From Psilocybe cubensis (lineage: Eukaryota): DNA of 64,000 nucleotides. Numbering within the stretch: the stretch's first letter is position 1; each line of letters begins with the position of its first letter. Below the pieces are notes generated by a model that ran no database searches, was not told the DNA's origin, and saw nothing but the letters and a program-made list of their open reading frames with translations. A program made the position numbers and the translations under genes. Positions 52,398 to 64,000 of this stretch are shown piece after piece. The stretch covers positions 682,001 to 746,000 of the forward strand of contig CM039006.1 in assembly GCA_017499595.2 (NCBI GenBank). Reading direction: 5' to 3'.

Positions 52398-54027
52398 TCA
52401 ATCCTTGACTGGCATGGGCATGTCAGGAATGAGATAGTGCAGAGGTTTTCCTTCCACACCACCAGGACCAAAACTACTTTTGTGAACCAGCTGAGGTTGA
52501 CTGAAGTCGCGACCTGCATGGTTACGTGTAGTATAATGGCCTCCGGCGTTCGTCGAATTCATGAGGTGATCCGGGCTGGGCGAAGGAGGGGGTATGGGTG
52601 ATGGAGCAAGGGACGGTGAAAGGGGGTCTTGACTGGGGTCATAAGCAGGAACAGGTTTGCGCTTTTTGCCGCCAAATGATTGTCTCCTGGCTTGCTTGTT
52701 CGCATCGTTACTTGGGCTAACTGGACTGCTGGGATCCAATGGCGAAGATGGTTGCTGATACATGAGGACATGAGACGACGTTGATTGAGATGGAGACGTC
52801 TGATGTGTATTCGATGTGATCGACTGCGACCGCGAAAGACTTGACGATGGCATGAATTGACTGGAACTTCGCGCATGAGGTGAAATGGGTGATGTAGGGG
52901 GATACGTGTTTGAGGAATCGAGTGATTGTCTTCCTATGGAATCTTGGATAGAAGGTCTTCTGCCCGGAGGAGCCGTGACATATTCATTTGTAGAGAATAC
53001 GTTGGAACTGGAAGATGAAGCAGAATAGGTTCTGGATGCAACCTTGTTCCTCGTCGTCGGTTGCTGTTGTAAGACAGGCAATGTTGAGAGGGCTACCCCA
53101 GAACTTTCGAAAGGGTTCTTCGAGTACACCGAATTCTTCTCGGCTCCAATAGCATCTTCTGATTCTCCTGGAATGGATCCTACGGTGCCACCACGCCCTT
53201 GATGGCGGGACAAAGGTCTTCCACTATTTGTCAGCACCCTGGAGTCAACTGAGCTCAACCCATTCCAACGGCCACTGGAGGCCTGACCATCTCCTAGAAC
53301 ACTGCTCTTTCTCCCTCTGCGGAGAAGGCATAACCAGGCCGTGATCACCATTCCAATGAGAGCTATAGCAGCGACACTGACACCAACGATGGTTCCCACA
53401 CTCGTGTGTGATGACGCGCCGATAATTGGAAGGGCAGTGTTAGACGTAGATGGCGGATTGGTTGTAGTGCTGCTTCCAGTAGAAGACGCACTTGAGGAAG
53501 ATGAACTACTTGTAGTTGACAAACATGAAGTATCTTCGCCCTTGTGAACAAATATAGGGTTCGATGTAGTGGTGTAACCACCACCATATCCCGGCATGCT
53601 TGCTGAGAAGACGTACCATCCCTGAGGGATGTTGACTAACGGCCATGTGTATGTTTCCAGTGTGGGATCGATTCCTGATGCAATCTCAGTCGTTACAGAA
53701 AGGATTGGATCGTTGACTCCGGTGGGTACCGCACGCCGATCGTTGGTGAATGTGTTAGGCCGTCTCGTGTGTGAAGACGTTAACGATGGTGGAGGGGTGT
53801 CTTGTGCGACATCATTGTTGGTGACAGTTAAATCGATTGGGTTATTTGCACCGGAAAAATCCCATGTAATGTTTACAGGTTCGCAAGTAATGGGCTGGAA
53901 GTCTTGGAAGAAGACTTGAGGGTCCTGGAAGGTAGCGCTCGCTGGATTTATTGTTATAGGAAAGACACCGTCAGTTGGAATGCATAATAATGTTTTCAAA
54001 TACATGATTGGGAACCAACTCACTCAT
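52398..54027 (-). CDS. Single-pass membrane protein with S/T-rich stalk (Mid2/Skg6-like architecture)
   Basis: N-terminal beta-rich ectodomain (ITCEPVNITW...YTWPLVNIPQGWY), S/T stalk, TM segment IVGVSVAAIALIGMVITAWLCLL followed by RRGRK, and a long disordered tail ending LHYLIPDMP. Likely a 4-nt first exon ATGA followed by a GTGAGT intron. Confidence 0.8.
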
Positions 54028-55902
54028 TTCGACTTCAGTAAAGAAGGAGATAACAAGTGTAAGATGAGTCGAGGTTGAGCTTCAAGGGCACCACGAGGAC
54101 GACCACGCTGCTGGTGTCCCAATAATGAGCGATTGGCCTCGAGATCGGATTGCTCCACGGGCGGGGGAACGAGGGGAATGAATAACCTGCAGCAGACTAC
54201 AGTGGTGAAGAACGAAAAGGCTTCGTAGTCAGCATTCGGCCACTTTCGTGGGGGGACACCGGGCGATGTAAATGAGTGTAAATGTGAAGCAACAATAGAG
54301 CAGCTCACTCGGCACACAACAGCCGCATAAAAGCGAAGGCTCCCAGGCACGACGGCAATTTCATCATTTCCATCACCTTGGGCCTACAAACCGACGCAGA
54401 TGGGAGTCAAATACAACAAAAAACGGCCACTATAATTACATTTCCGTCCAATCTCACCTTTTTGAGTCTTCTTTACTCACGAAGGCCTTCTTTTCACGTA
54501 TTTAGGGAGCAAAGCGGACCTTTTCGAGCTAGAACGGCGTTTAGTGGCCTCGTGCAACGTGTGTTGATGTTCATGACGTTACAAGCCAGCTTTAGCGATA
54601 GGAGAAGAATTACATTTCAACGAAATCAATAACTACAAAGGTATGAGCATGAAGCATTAAATGAAGCTTGAAGCTTGAAGACTCACCGACTACTTTTTAA
54701 TAGTCTCTCCATCAATCTTTGATTCGATCCCATCCATGTTCCCTGATGAACAATCATAACCAAAACCTGATAGTGGCCAGAGGGAAACGATTGTTACAAA
54801 ACGCGACCGCGGAGCTGTAGGCGAGCTGTTGTCGGAGCAAGCAGTGACGTTGGCGGACTCTGGTTTCCGTTGATCGCCCCCGTTAACGGAGAACGTGGCT
54901 TGCTTCCGTTCTAGGCGGGCACCTTCAGAGCACTTTCAACACAAAACTCTGCTCTGTAACAAAATGACCAAACTGACGTAGACTTACAGGTCCAAAAGTC
55001 GCTGAATACGTACGGCAACGGTATTCTAGATGGTTGTGCGGGAAATGGCATCACTGAAACTTCCCTTCGACGTCTTGAGTGGTACCCTCAACCATGTTGT
55101 ACTGCTTAATCGATTTCCTTCGGACCGGGTACAACAGAAATGGCGATATCTTCGAGGGTATTCGATATGCCAGAGGGTTGCTCAACGAAGTTTTGGTTGG
55201 TGTCACTTGTATGCAGGGAAACAAGCAGAGTGTATCTGTGTCATCTGACCCTGAACGTCAAACCTCAGCGGCTTGAATGTTCAAAGGAAAGTCTTTGAAG
55301 TGCAGCCGGGAAGCCTAAAGCGAATTTGGAAAAGCTAGAACTTGAAGTGATCGGGGAAATATGTCTCATTTTAGTGCGTCGCGCCTGGTAATTTTTGAAT
55401 TGGCTACTGATGGAGAGGACTGTGGCTAGGAGGGCGCTTCCTTTGGATTTGTGAATTGATTCGCACCTGCATGCGGACGAGTCAATGGGTAAGTTGATTG
55501 TATACTTGGTTACAGTTTGCAATATCATAGAGTGCATATATGCGTTGATAAAATGCTGTGAAATTGTGTCATGAAGTAAACCTAAACTTAGACAAAGCGT
55601 GGGTGGGATTTTGAAAGCAGAGTTGTAGCGTTGATGAGGATTCGTAGCGGGTATACACTGCTTGAAGACAGAAGTGGTGCTGGAATGGATTGTCTGTCAT
55701 CTAACCCTAAGGCATGAATGCCAAACCTCGGCGCGTCGAACTTTACACGGAAACCTAATGCTAGAACTTGATAGATCAGGAATTTGTTCAAGGAAATCTC
55801 ATAGACAATAGAAAGCTAGAAGCCATGATATAGAATACTCTATCAAATATCTACTTTCTATTCAAAATTCTATGCCTCGGTTGGCAAGTTATAAAGGCCC
55901 GT

Positions 55903-58115
55903 TTAGATATGGAATGATTTGGTACCCTGATCAGTAAATTTCCCACTCTCGTTGGCTAACGGAACAAACAGCACTTTGCCCTTGGGAGCTACCGAAACGA
56001 CATTGAGTGGATCCAGAACCTCGTATTCTCCTCCAACAAGTGTGGGTGTGAGGTGCTCAATCAAGAGCAAAACAGCGAGTTTGATCTCTGATCAAGAAAC
56101 TGTCTGTCAAAAAATTTTAGTCGTTGAGAGAAATACTAACCAGAAACGGCAAGGGTGCGTCCGGGACAGGCAAATCGCCCTAGCCCAAAAGGATAATAAC
56201 CAGGGCCAGCCATAATGGCAGGCTTCCCGGTACCGACCCAACGATCAGAAACAAACTGTTCGGCGTCGTAGCCATGATATTCTTGACTTCTATTCGAGAG
56301 TGAAGCCAGTGGGATGACGTATGATCCTACCGATTTTCAGTTGGGATGGGATTTGGGCTAGCCAAGATAAAAGCGCTACAGGCGTACCTTTTGGTATATC
56401 AAATCCAGCCAGCTTGACATCTCGTACGGACAAACGCACAGTACTTAACGTGTCGCCTTTCATACGCATCACCTCTCGAATGAAAGAGTCGAGGCGTTCC
56501 GCATTGCGAAGTGATGCATAGGTTAAGCGCTCAGTACCATCACTACATGTCTCCGTACGTATCTCCTTTCTAAGCCCTGGGATATCACTGGGACGCTTTG
56601 CGATCTCCAGGATAACCCAGATCATAACCACAGCACTACGTATTATTGGTTTTCAAAACGATAAATAGGAGATGATAACATATTTTTGCTTACGTTTGAT
56701 GAACAGATGCAAAAATCAATCTGAATGATCATACATAGTATGCCATAGGCATATTGTTCATTTAATGTTCCATAAATTGGATCGAAGAACATTACATACC
56801 CGAGAAGGAGGAAAAGAATCCACAACTTGTCAAGAAATCCGATTTTCTTTGTTTTTGGATCAATATATCGTTGTGCAAAGAAGAACATCACAGATCGCTG
56901 AAGGCAATGTGATGATATTAAGCGCCCGTCTCTAAATGGATAAAAACCGCAATATATACAAATGCGGACTTACATCACCCTTTTTTCTATCTTGATGTGT
57001 ACCGAAGTCCTCGCCCAATTGCGATAGCTCCTTGTATGCTTGACGTGCGATTCTAAAAAAGTAATATGGAATTGAAAAGCACATAATCGAAATCCTGGAA
57101 CAGAGCACAGGTAATCATCGTTCAGAGTCAGACAGTTAATCATGTCTGGACATACCAATTACAGATCCGCCATGTCGTTGGGAATGTGCGCGCCCATGTA
57201 TTGGTGTTATCAAAAATGCCGGCTAAAGCGGCAACCTCCCTGGAAATGTGATGCACTGAATCGATGTTTTGCTCTGATGTGTATTCCTACCATCCGACCC
57301 GTAAATAGCTGAACTTGTAATAAAAGAACCGACTACAAACCTTTCCCATTATCAGTGTCAGCATTGCTTCTGACATGATCTTGTGCACCATGTTTGTTAC
57401 GTCCACGGGAGTCGATGGCGCCCTGATTACGCTTTCCTGAAAATTGCCGATTACTCTGTAAAAAATTGGAGAGACTGATGGCCTCACATTAATCCCACAT
57501 CGGTACGGAATATCATTGAGCATTATTGACTCACTCTTATCCATTGTCAATTCAATCTTCCCAATGATTTCATCGTATACCAACTGATCCAGGTTGCCTA
57601 CGAAACTTCGAGGAAGGTGTAACAAAATCCCCATGTTTAGAAGCTGCAATCATTGGCCAAATATTGCTATTGCGATTCAAATCTATCGACTCACTGAAAG
57701 CGTCCCCTTCTCAAAGCTAAAATCTGCCTCATTTGCAAGCACATCTGTAACGAGGGTGTTGTCAACAATGTACTCTATCTTAAATTTAAAAATGAGCGTG
57801 AGCACAATGTCGAAGCAAAACACACCAATCCTTGAAGACGTACTCTCCCTCTACGAAGAACTCTGATTATTCTCCCATGGTCCTTTAGTGCAGTTTCATA
57901 AGCTTGTCTTGGATGGCGAAACATTTGATCCTCCTGAGTATGCAAAACAGACAAACATTGAGACGTGTCAATTCGTATTAACTTGGCTAAGTACTCACTG
58001 GGATATCTACTAAAGGTGGAAGATTAAGATGCCTTTTCACTCGGAAAATGTAGCGATCCACAGTGAAAATAAGTCCTACAACGGCGAACACCAGCAACAT
58101 CCACAGAGAATCCAT
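55903..58115 (-). CDS. Cytochrome P450 (paralogue A of tandem pair)
   Basis: N-terminal TM, LPP hinge, I-helix LIFASVHQT, ExxR in DSFIREVMR and heme motif FGLGRFACPG. Exons join in frame through canonical introns. Confidence 0.92.
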
Positions 58116-58324
58116 GTTGAAAGTTTACAATGTATCTAGACCTTACGATAGCTTTTAAGTAGTAGTGAGGTTGCGCTCTATAAATAATCTGATCGGTGGC
58201 ATTTTACATCATTAACTATCTGAGAGTCACAAAGGGTTTTCAGTAGTCAAGCTCGCAGGAATGGAATGGAAAAGTACCCCATCTCCGTTAACCCAGGGTA
58301 CAATATCACAGAAAGCAACCGGAA

Positions 58325-59500
58325 ATGCTATCGGACTTCTTATTTACACCCAATTACTCACTGAAATCATCAGAATTTTCCACCAGAGACTTCTCACAGC
58401 CCTATTCTTTATTCCTTTGGGATGAAAATTTGATAGAACATCCAGGAAATTTGTCCGACCGAACTTTTGCAGAAGCCTATGCTTACCTCGTGGAAGCTCG
58501 CATATATCTGATTCTCATTTGGAGCCATATTGGTGGGTCAAAAGGCATAGATACAATTACAAGTACCGAGGAGACTAAAGCATATTTGCTTGTGGCAGCC
58601 AATAGAACAGGACATTACGATTTCGCTTTGTTATCGACCACACCGGCGATGCAGTCCGGACTATATACAAACTTTCCCAGCGACCTTAAAATAGCCTAAC
58701 CTCGATATCTATTAATAGAAACGATGCTTAACATTGACGCCGAGCCAGAAATCTCTCCAAAGTAATATTCATTTCCCAGCTTAGAGGTTAGATAGTAGCA
58801 TAAAAGACACTCGAATGCACTGGAATGCATTTCACCCATCATAATGTCTGATTAATTTTGCATTATAGTCAACTTCCACAGATCAATATAGCTTTTTGAG
58901 TGGAAAGAGTCATTATGTATGATACATGATGCTATCCAGCCTTTCTCCATGGAAATTTGGTCAAATTTTCCCGCACAGAGAAAGTCGCCGTCAAAATGTA
59001 TTTTACTAAATTCTTCATTGACATCAATCTCATATCTGCCACTCATCGACATATTTCATGAGGACCCTAAAGTTCGGTGCCTTTGACGGGAGAATGCGCG
59101 AAAACAATTGGAGAACATGTAATTTGGTAGGAAGAAAGGCTAACTTCCTCATCAGAGATCCATGACCACATTTTGACAATTCCACGTTGATAGATGAGAT
59201 ATTTTGGCGGAGATTACCGTCATGAAATCTATATCTGTGGCATTCCAGTTGCATCCTCCATTAAGGAAGTTAAACCAAGGTATCTCCCCGAGATCGATTC
59301 TCGTAGCATGGGTGAACCAATTAGCACCTGAAATTCCACGCCTTGATCTATCTCCATGCCCGAAGAAGCCCAGCGATTCGAATGTCACACTTGATATGAC
59401 ACAAGATTAAGTCGGAACCAAATCAGATCTCGTTATACACGTTTGTCTTCGTATCCAGTTCTAAAATACATGGAGAACTACTGATATCTACTTAGTATAG
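58325..59500 (+). pseudogene. Decayed gene with class II aaRS-like motifs; candidate tRNA-dependent peptide/cyclodipeptide synthase relic
   Basis: Protein-like fragments in shifting frames with stops: ...FALLSTTPAMQSGLYTNFPSDLKIA*PRYL; INIAF*VERVIMY (TGA at 58897); DILAE/YRHEIYICGIP...PRYLPEID; ...VIHV...WRTTDIYLV*. The identity is inferred. Confidence 0.5.
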
Positions 59501-59540
59501 ATAGAATTCTATATCAGATAACATCCCTGAACGTGTGCAT

Positions 59541-61722
59541 CTAACGAGGGCTAAAGAGGATTCGACCACGTGGAGCAACTGTGGAGGTGAGCAATCGGTC
59601 TACCACCTCGTACTCTCCACCTTCCAACTCGAAAGTAAGCTCATTCACTAAGAATAGGACAAAGAGCTTGATCTCTAAGCATTAGCGTGTTTGTTAGTAA
59701 TACTTCCACAAATTTCAAGGATACTATCAATTACCAGACACTGCAAGCACTCTCCCGGGGCATGCCCATCTTCCCAGCCCAAAAGGCCAATATCCGGAGC
59801 TTACCATCGTGGCTGGCGCACCACGGCCAACCCATCGATCTGCAATAAACTCTTCGGCGTCAGGACCGTGATGCTCTTTGCTCCTATACGACAAGGAGGC
59901 GAGAGGGATGATAAATGCCCCTGTGGTTAACTATTAATTAACTGAGGTAGCATAACGAAGACGCGCTCAAGCTTACGAGACGCACCTGATGGAACTATGT
60001 ACTTGCCCAGTTTGACATCCCGAAGGGCCATGCGCATTGTTCCCAGTGTATCGCCTTTCGTACGCATAACCTCTCGAATAAACGAGTCGAGGCGCTCAGC
60101 ATTTCTAAGTGTTGCATAGGTTATTTGTGGAGTGCCGTCGATACCAGTTTCTGGAAGGAATTCTTTATTGATTTCAGGTATAACCTCTGGCCGTTTTGCA
60201 AGTTCAAGAATAACGAATATCATTATCACGCTCCTATATTGGTTGTATCAGTGAGTATCACATGTATTGGCGTAATCAAACATTTCGCGATGATGTATTT
60301 CTGTGACAACTCACGTTTGATGTACAGAAGCAAATAGGATTCTGTGTAACGCGTCTTGTATCAGTTCTGTTACATGATCTCATAATGACCTTGTGATACT
60401 TACGGAAGGAACAGACACAGCATTATGGCTCGTTGGCAAATACCAATTCTCCCTGTTTGCTTATCTCTAAAGCGTTCAGCATATTTGAAGAGAACAGATT
60501 CCTCGAGAGGCTGTATGAGCATCCGTTCTATCAGAATCTGACACCATACGATAACTCACTTCATCTTGTGGCTTTGCTGAATTCTTTCCCCCCATTTGCA
60601 TGAAAGCTTTTGTGCCGACTCCACAGAAATGATACATCATCATGAACGTTGCTCGCGGCCTAAAAGGTGCATGCTCATCAGGTCGCTATATCAATTTTAA
60701 TAGGTTTATAGCCACCTGTTAAAAAATGTCCAGGTCCTTGGGAACAACAGGGCAAGTTTATTAGTGTTGTTGATAATGCCGGACAAAGAGCCGACTTCTT
60801 CCATTGCCCTGCAGATAGATTTGACATTTTGACTAGATGCATAACTCTGTTTAACAAGGTAAATAATTAATGTCCATGTTTGAGCACGCCGATCCTCGCG
60901 TGATATTGTGGACACACTTGCCTTGCCCAAAAAGAGGATTATCATTGCCTCCGACATGGTGCGGTGCACCAGTTTGTTGATATCAACAGGGCGTGGTGGA
61001 TCCATGGTGTTTACCTTCTCCTTGAATTGCCGAATTTTTTCCTCAAAAACTGGAACCACTAACCAATAAAATTTGTTAGCAATGTGGTTCCACCCACCAT
61101 CTTGTATTGAGGTTGCAGGAAGATCACCTTTGTCTATAACTGAATGGATTTTGGATATAATTTCCGAGTGTACGAGATGGTCCGCAGTGGCTACAAAGCG
61201 AGGGATGTAAAGGAGGAAGCCCATGTTCAGCGCCTGTTGAATTAAGATGGTCAGTATATCATGTTATGATGCCACAGACAAGAGTATCTGCACCATAAGT
61301 GCCCCTTTCTCAAAACTGAAGTTCGTATATCCTGTAAGAACCTCCTCCAAGTAGATATCGTCGACAATATATTCAATCTGCACCGTTGGCACGGCAGAAA
61401 AACGCAAATAATTTAATATCAATTCAATGTTGTATAATTTGAATTAGAAGATCTCGTACTCTGTCTCTCCTAGGTATTCTGATAACACTTCCGTGTTGTT
61501 TTAAAGCATTTTCCAGTACGTTACGCGGGTCGTTGGCCAACTCATCGTCCTGCAAAGTCAAAATGTCAGTGCACGGTTAGTTCTAAAGGAAACTCGACTG
61601 ACTGAAATATACACAAAGGGAGGAAGATGATCCTCTTTTTTACTGCAGCTGATATCATGGAGGAGTAGAGCGATACCCGCAACAGCCACAAAAACCACTG
61701 CACTGAAAAGTTGAGCTATCAT
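59541..61722 (-). CDS. Cytochrome P450 (paralogue B of tandem pair)
   Basis: Same intron positions as paralogue A. ILFASVHQT, DSFIREVMRTKGDT and FGLGRWACPG. One GC-AG intron (donor about 60921). Confidence 0.92.
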
Positions 61723-62530
61723 GACTGCTCTTTGAAAGACAACGAAGGCTACTTAACTTCGAGAGAGAACTTATAAGAGAAAGAGGGCTTAGCTCTTGCA
61801 TTTTTTCGCCCGGTCAGAAGCTTCTCGGTAGATTTTCGTCTCCGTTTTTTACTACCAACGATTCGAGAAGGATCAACGGCACTGCCTATTAAGGAAAATG
61901 TCCTTCCTCTTGTGGGAGTCACACCTAGTAGCGAACGACTGAACCAAGCGGAAAGAGCTGAACACCGCTGAGACCTTGGATAGAACTTCCTAATGGTCAA
62001 GGACATTGTCCATTCGTATCTGCTTCTTATCCATTTTGATTTAATGACGCTTCGTATAATAATACCGCCGCCTTTTAAATTACGAGCACTGGAGATAGGA
62101 AACGGTAATGATTCAAGGAATGCTTACATCATACTTGCTGCCCAAAGATTTCGTCTAGAATTTCGCGGATGTTAGTAGAGGAACATGGTCTAAATCCCGT
62201 GGAGTTGAGATACGTGCTACACACAACAATGTCCGGTTCCACGGATTTGAGGACAGCTTGTGGTCAGATAAGGCAGAAGGGGTGCCCAAATTGGCACAAT
62301 GGCGGATATGATTATCCTTTTGATAGAATTTATACGTAGTAGAGCTTCAAGCTTCAAGGCTTAAGTTTACTGTTGTAGAAAAAAAATGACTCATTCCTGT
62401 GATGAGATGCGATTCACCAAGACATGTTGTGGATTACTCGAATGACTCTTTGAAATAAACCCGTCTCTTAACCTTCTAAACAGTACTGGAACCAATTGGC
62501 TTGAAAACAAAAAGCGATTGGGCAAAAACA

Positions 62531-62613
62531 TGGTCCAATCCAGGATCGAACTGGAGACCTTCTGTGTCCCTTACAGTGTAAGACAGAAATCATAACCACT
62601 AGACCATTGGACC
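62531..62613 (-). tRNA. tRNA-Val(UAC) with 10-nt intron
   Basis: GGTCCAA/TTGGACC acceptor stem, TGGTCTAGTGG A-box, anticodon stem TCTGT/ACAGA with loop CT-TAC-A plus intron CTGTAAGGGA, TTCGATC T-loop, and a downstream T5 run. Confidence 0.95.
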
Positions 62614-62716
62614 GACAACCTGGAAGTTTGGTGCCTCCGGCCGCTCCGTGCGCGGGAGAGATAATAAGCGCCGGAGGGACTCGGAACTAATACGCTTTAT
62701 GCTAAGAATCACCACT

Positions 62717-62799
62717 GGTCCAATGGTCTAGTGGTTATGATTTCTGTCTTACACTGTAAGGAACACAGAAGGTCTCCAGTTCGATCCTGGATTGGACCA
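62717..62799 (+). tRNA. tRNA-Val(UAC) with 10-nt intron
   Basis: Same cloverleaf as the minus-strand copy, with intron CTGTAAGGAA (1 nt different). Confidence 0.95.
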
Positions 62800-62807
62800 T
62801 TTTTTTT
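62800..62807 (+). terminator. RNA polymerase III oligo-T terminator
   Basis: T8 run immediately after the plus-strand tRNA. Confidence 0.8.
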
Positions 62808-63001
62808 GATTGATTCTCCCACGTCGTAGTATCCGTTATGTAATTTCAACAACTTCCGTACTAGCTTCACTTAGCCCTTGTCAAACTACTCCAAGGCACC
62901 CATGGTGCTTGACAGGGACACGACATCCTAAATTCTGGCAACGTGTCCTTTTTCTTTCACCATCTCAACTGTATTTTCGTCTGGTTTACATTGGGACTCT
63001 C

Positions 63002-64000
63002 ATGGAACTTCCTCAGCTGTCGCTCGACACCTACGTCGCGATCTGCCTGGTAATCGCCACACCATGGCTCTACCGCACATTCTCTCCATTCTCGGAAGTG
63101 CGCACGAAAACACGAACAGAGCAGCTAGTCTCCACCACTATACTAACCCACACACTGTACATGCTCTACTGCCTTTTCGTTTCGCCGCCTCAGAATGTGT
63201 TCACGTCTCTTGGTGTACCGATGAGTGCTGCGCCGGAGGAGCTGCGTGTAAAGTTGGCGGAGAGGTTTGGGAGTGAGGAGCATGTTCCGGAGTATTTGAG
63301 GGTGTTGGTGAAGAGGCTTGGGTTGATGGATATGAGGTCGTTGTATATCCGGTATGTTGGTCTGGTCTGGAGGTAGGTGGAGGGCTAATTCAATGGTGGG
63401 ATTAGGTTTGGACACGACGTGCTTACGACGTGCTCATATTGCCAGTCGTTCGATGACTTTGCTTTGTATGCGTTTCCCTCCTCTCTCCTCGAATATGTTC
63501 GCGAAATTGCTTTCGTCGGGGTGGGTTCTACCAATGAATTCGCGGTTTTTAACTGACAACTTTTGTTGTGTAGCTCTTGACCCTACCAAAAACGCCCACA
63601 GCGCACTTCAGACCAGTAGGACTCGGCGTCCTCCTCGCCGCGCTCCTCATCGAGGCATACTGGGTACTCACAGTTCCAGTTCTAATCACTCCACGCGGGT
63701 CAGATACGACAACCACAATGGTACGTCCACCTTGCACCACGTACGTTATCTATCCCTGACCCCAAGACAGTGGCACGATACCTTCATCCTTATCCGACAC
63801 ACCCTCTTCCTCCTTCTCCCGCTCATAACAACCCTCGCGCCACACCTCGAACTGCACCGCGTTCCCATTCTAAACGCCTTCATACCCGCGCCGGAGACTG
63901 CCAATCTTCCGCCATCGCGCTTCCAGATGCAGGGACAGGGAGGGCCTGTGCTACCAGACGGCATCACGCTGAACCAGATCTCAAATATGACGCTCAAGAC
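63002..64000 (+). CDS. Conserved-looking fungal multi-pass membrane protein of unknown function (3' truncated by window end)
   Basis: MELPQLSLDTYVAICLVIATPWLY...PPQNVF...RSLYIRFGHDVLTTCSYC...ALYAFPSSLLEYV across GT-AG introns, with several hydrophobic segments. Confidence 0.75.

Noticed and set aside
55030-55280. Fragment reminiscent of TPR repeats of CHAT-domain proteins (LIDFLRTGYNRNGDIFEGIRYARGLL)
   Set aside because: A single short fragment with no flanking frame; too weak.
28074-61722. Known mushroom toxin or psilocybin cluster, or MSDIN/pheromone precursors
   Set aside because: I saw no decarboxylase, methyltransferase, prolyl oligopeptidase, MSDIN leader or convincing CaaX peptide ORF.

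Overview
This is eukaryotic, intron-rich fungal DNA. Introns are about 50-60 nt GT-AG and the gene families are Agaricales-type, so a mushroom-forming basidiomycete is inferred. Core genes: NADP-glutamate dehydrogenase, SEH1, a C2H2 transcription factor, GPI3/PIG-A, a WW-domain protein, UNC-50, calcineurin A and an MRS2/LPE10 Mg transporter. Accessory content between them: a 1,168-bp CACTA-like non-autonomous transposon (25-bp perfect TIRs, 3-bp TSD), an orphan DIRS-gag-like ORF, a small Vap-like beta-barrel protein, an AgaK1-type kinase, three cytochrome P450s, an intron-poor PcaB-type cycloisomerase, a nucleotidyltransferase-fold orphan and an inverted pair of intron-containing tRNA-Val(UAC) genes. 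The best candidate for an undescribed system is 55.9-61.7 kb. There, two paralogous P450s flank a decayed gene whose fragments carry class II aminoacyl-tRNA-synthetase-like motifs, possibly a relic tRNA-dependent peptide/cyclodipeptide-synthase cluster. All exon boundaries and family calls were made by eye; no searches were run.
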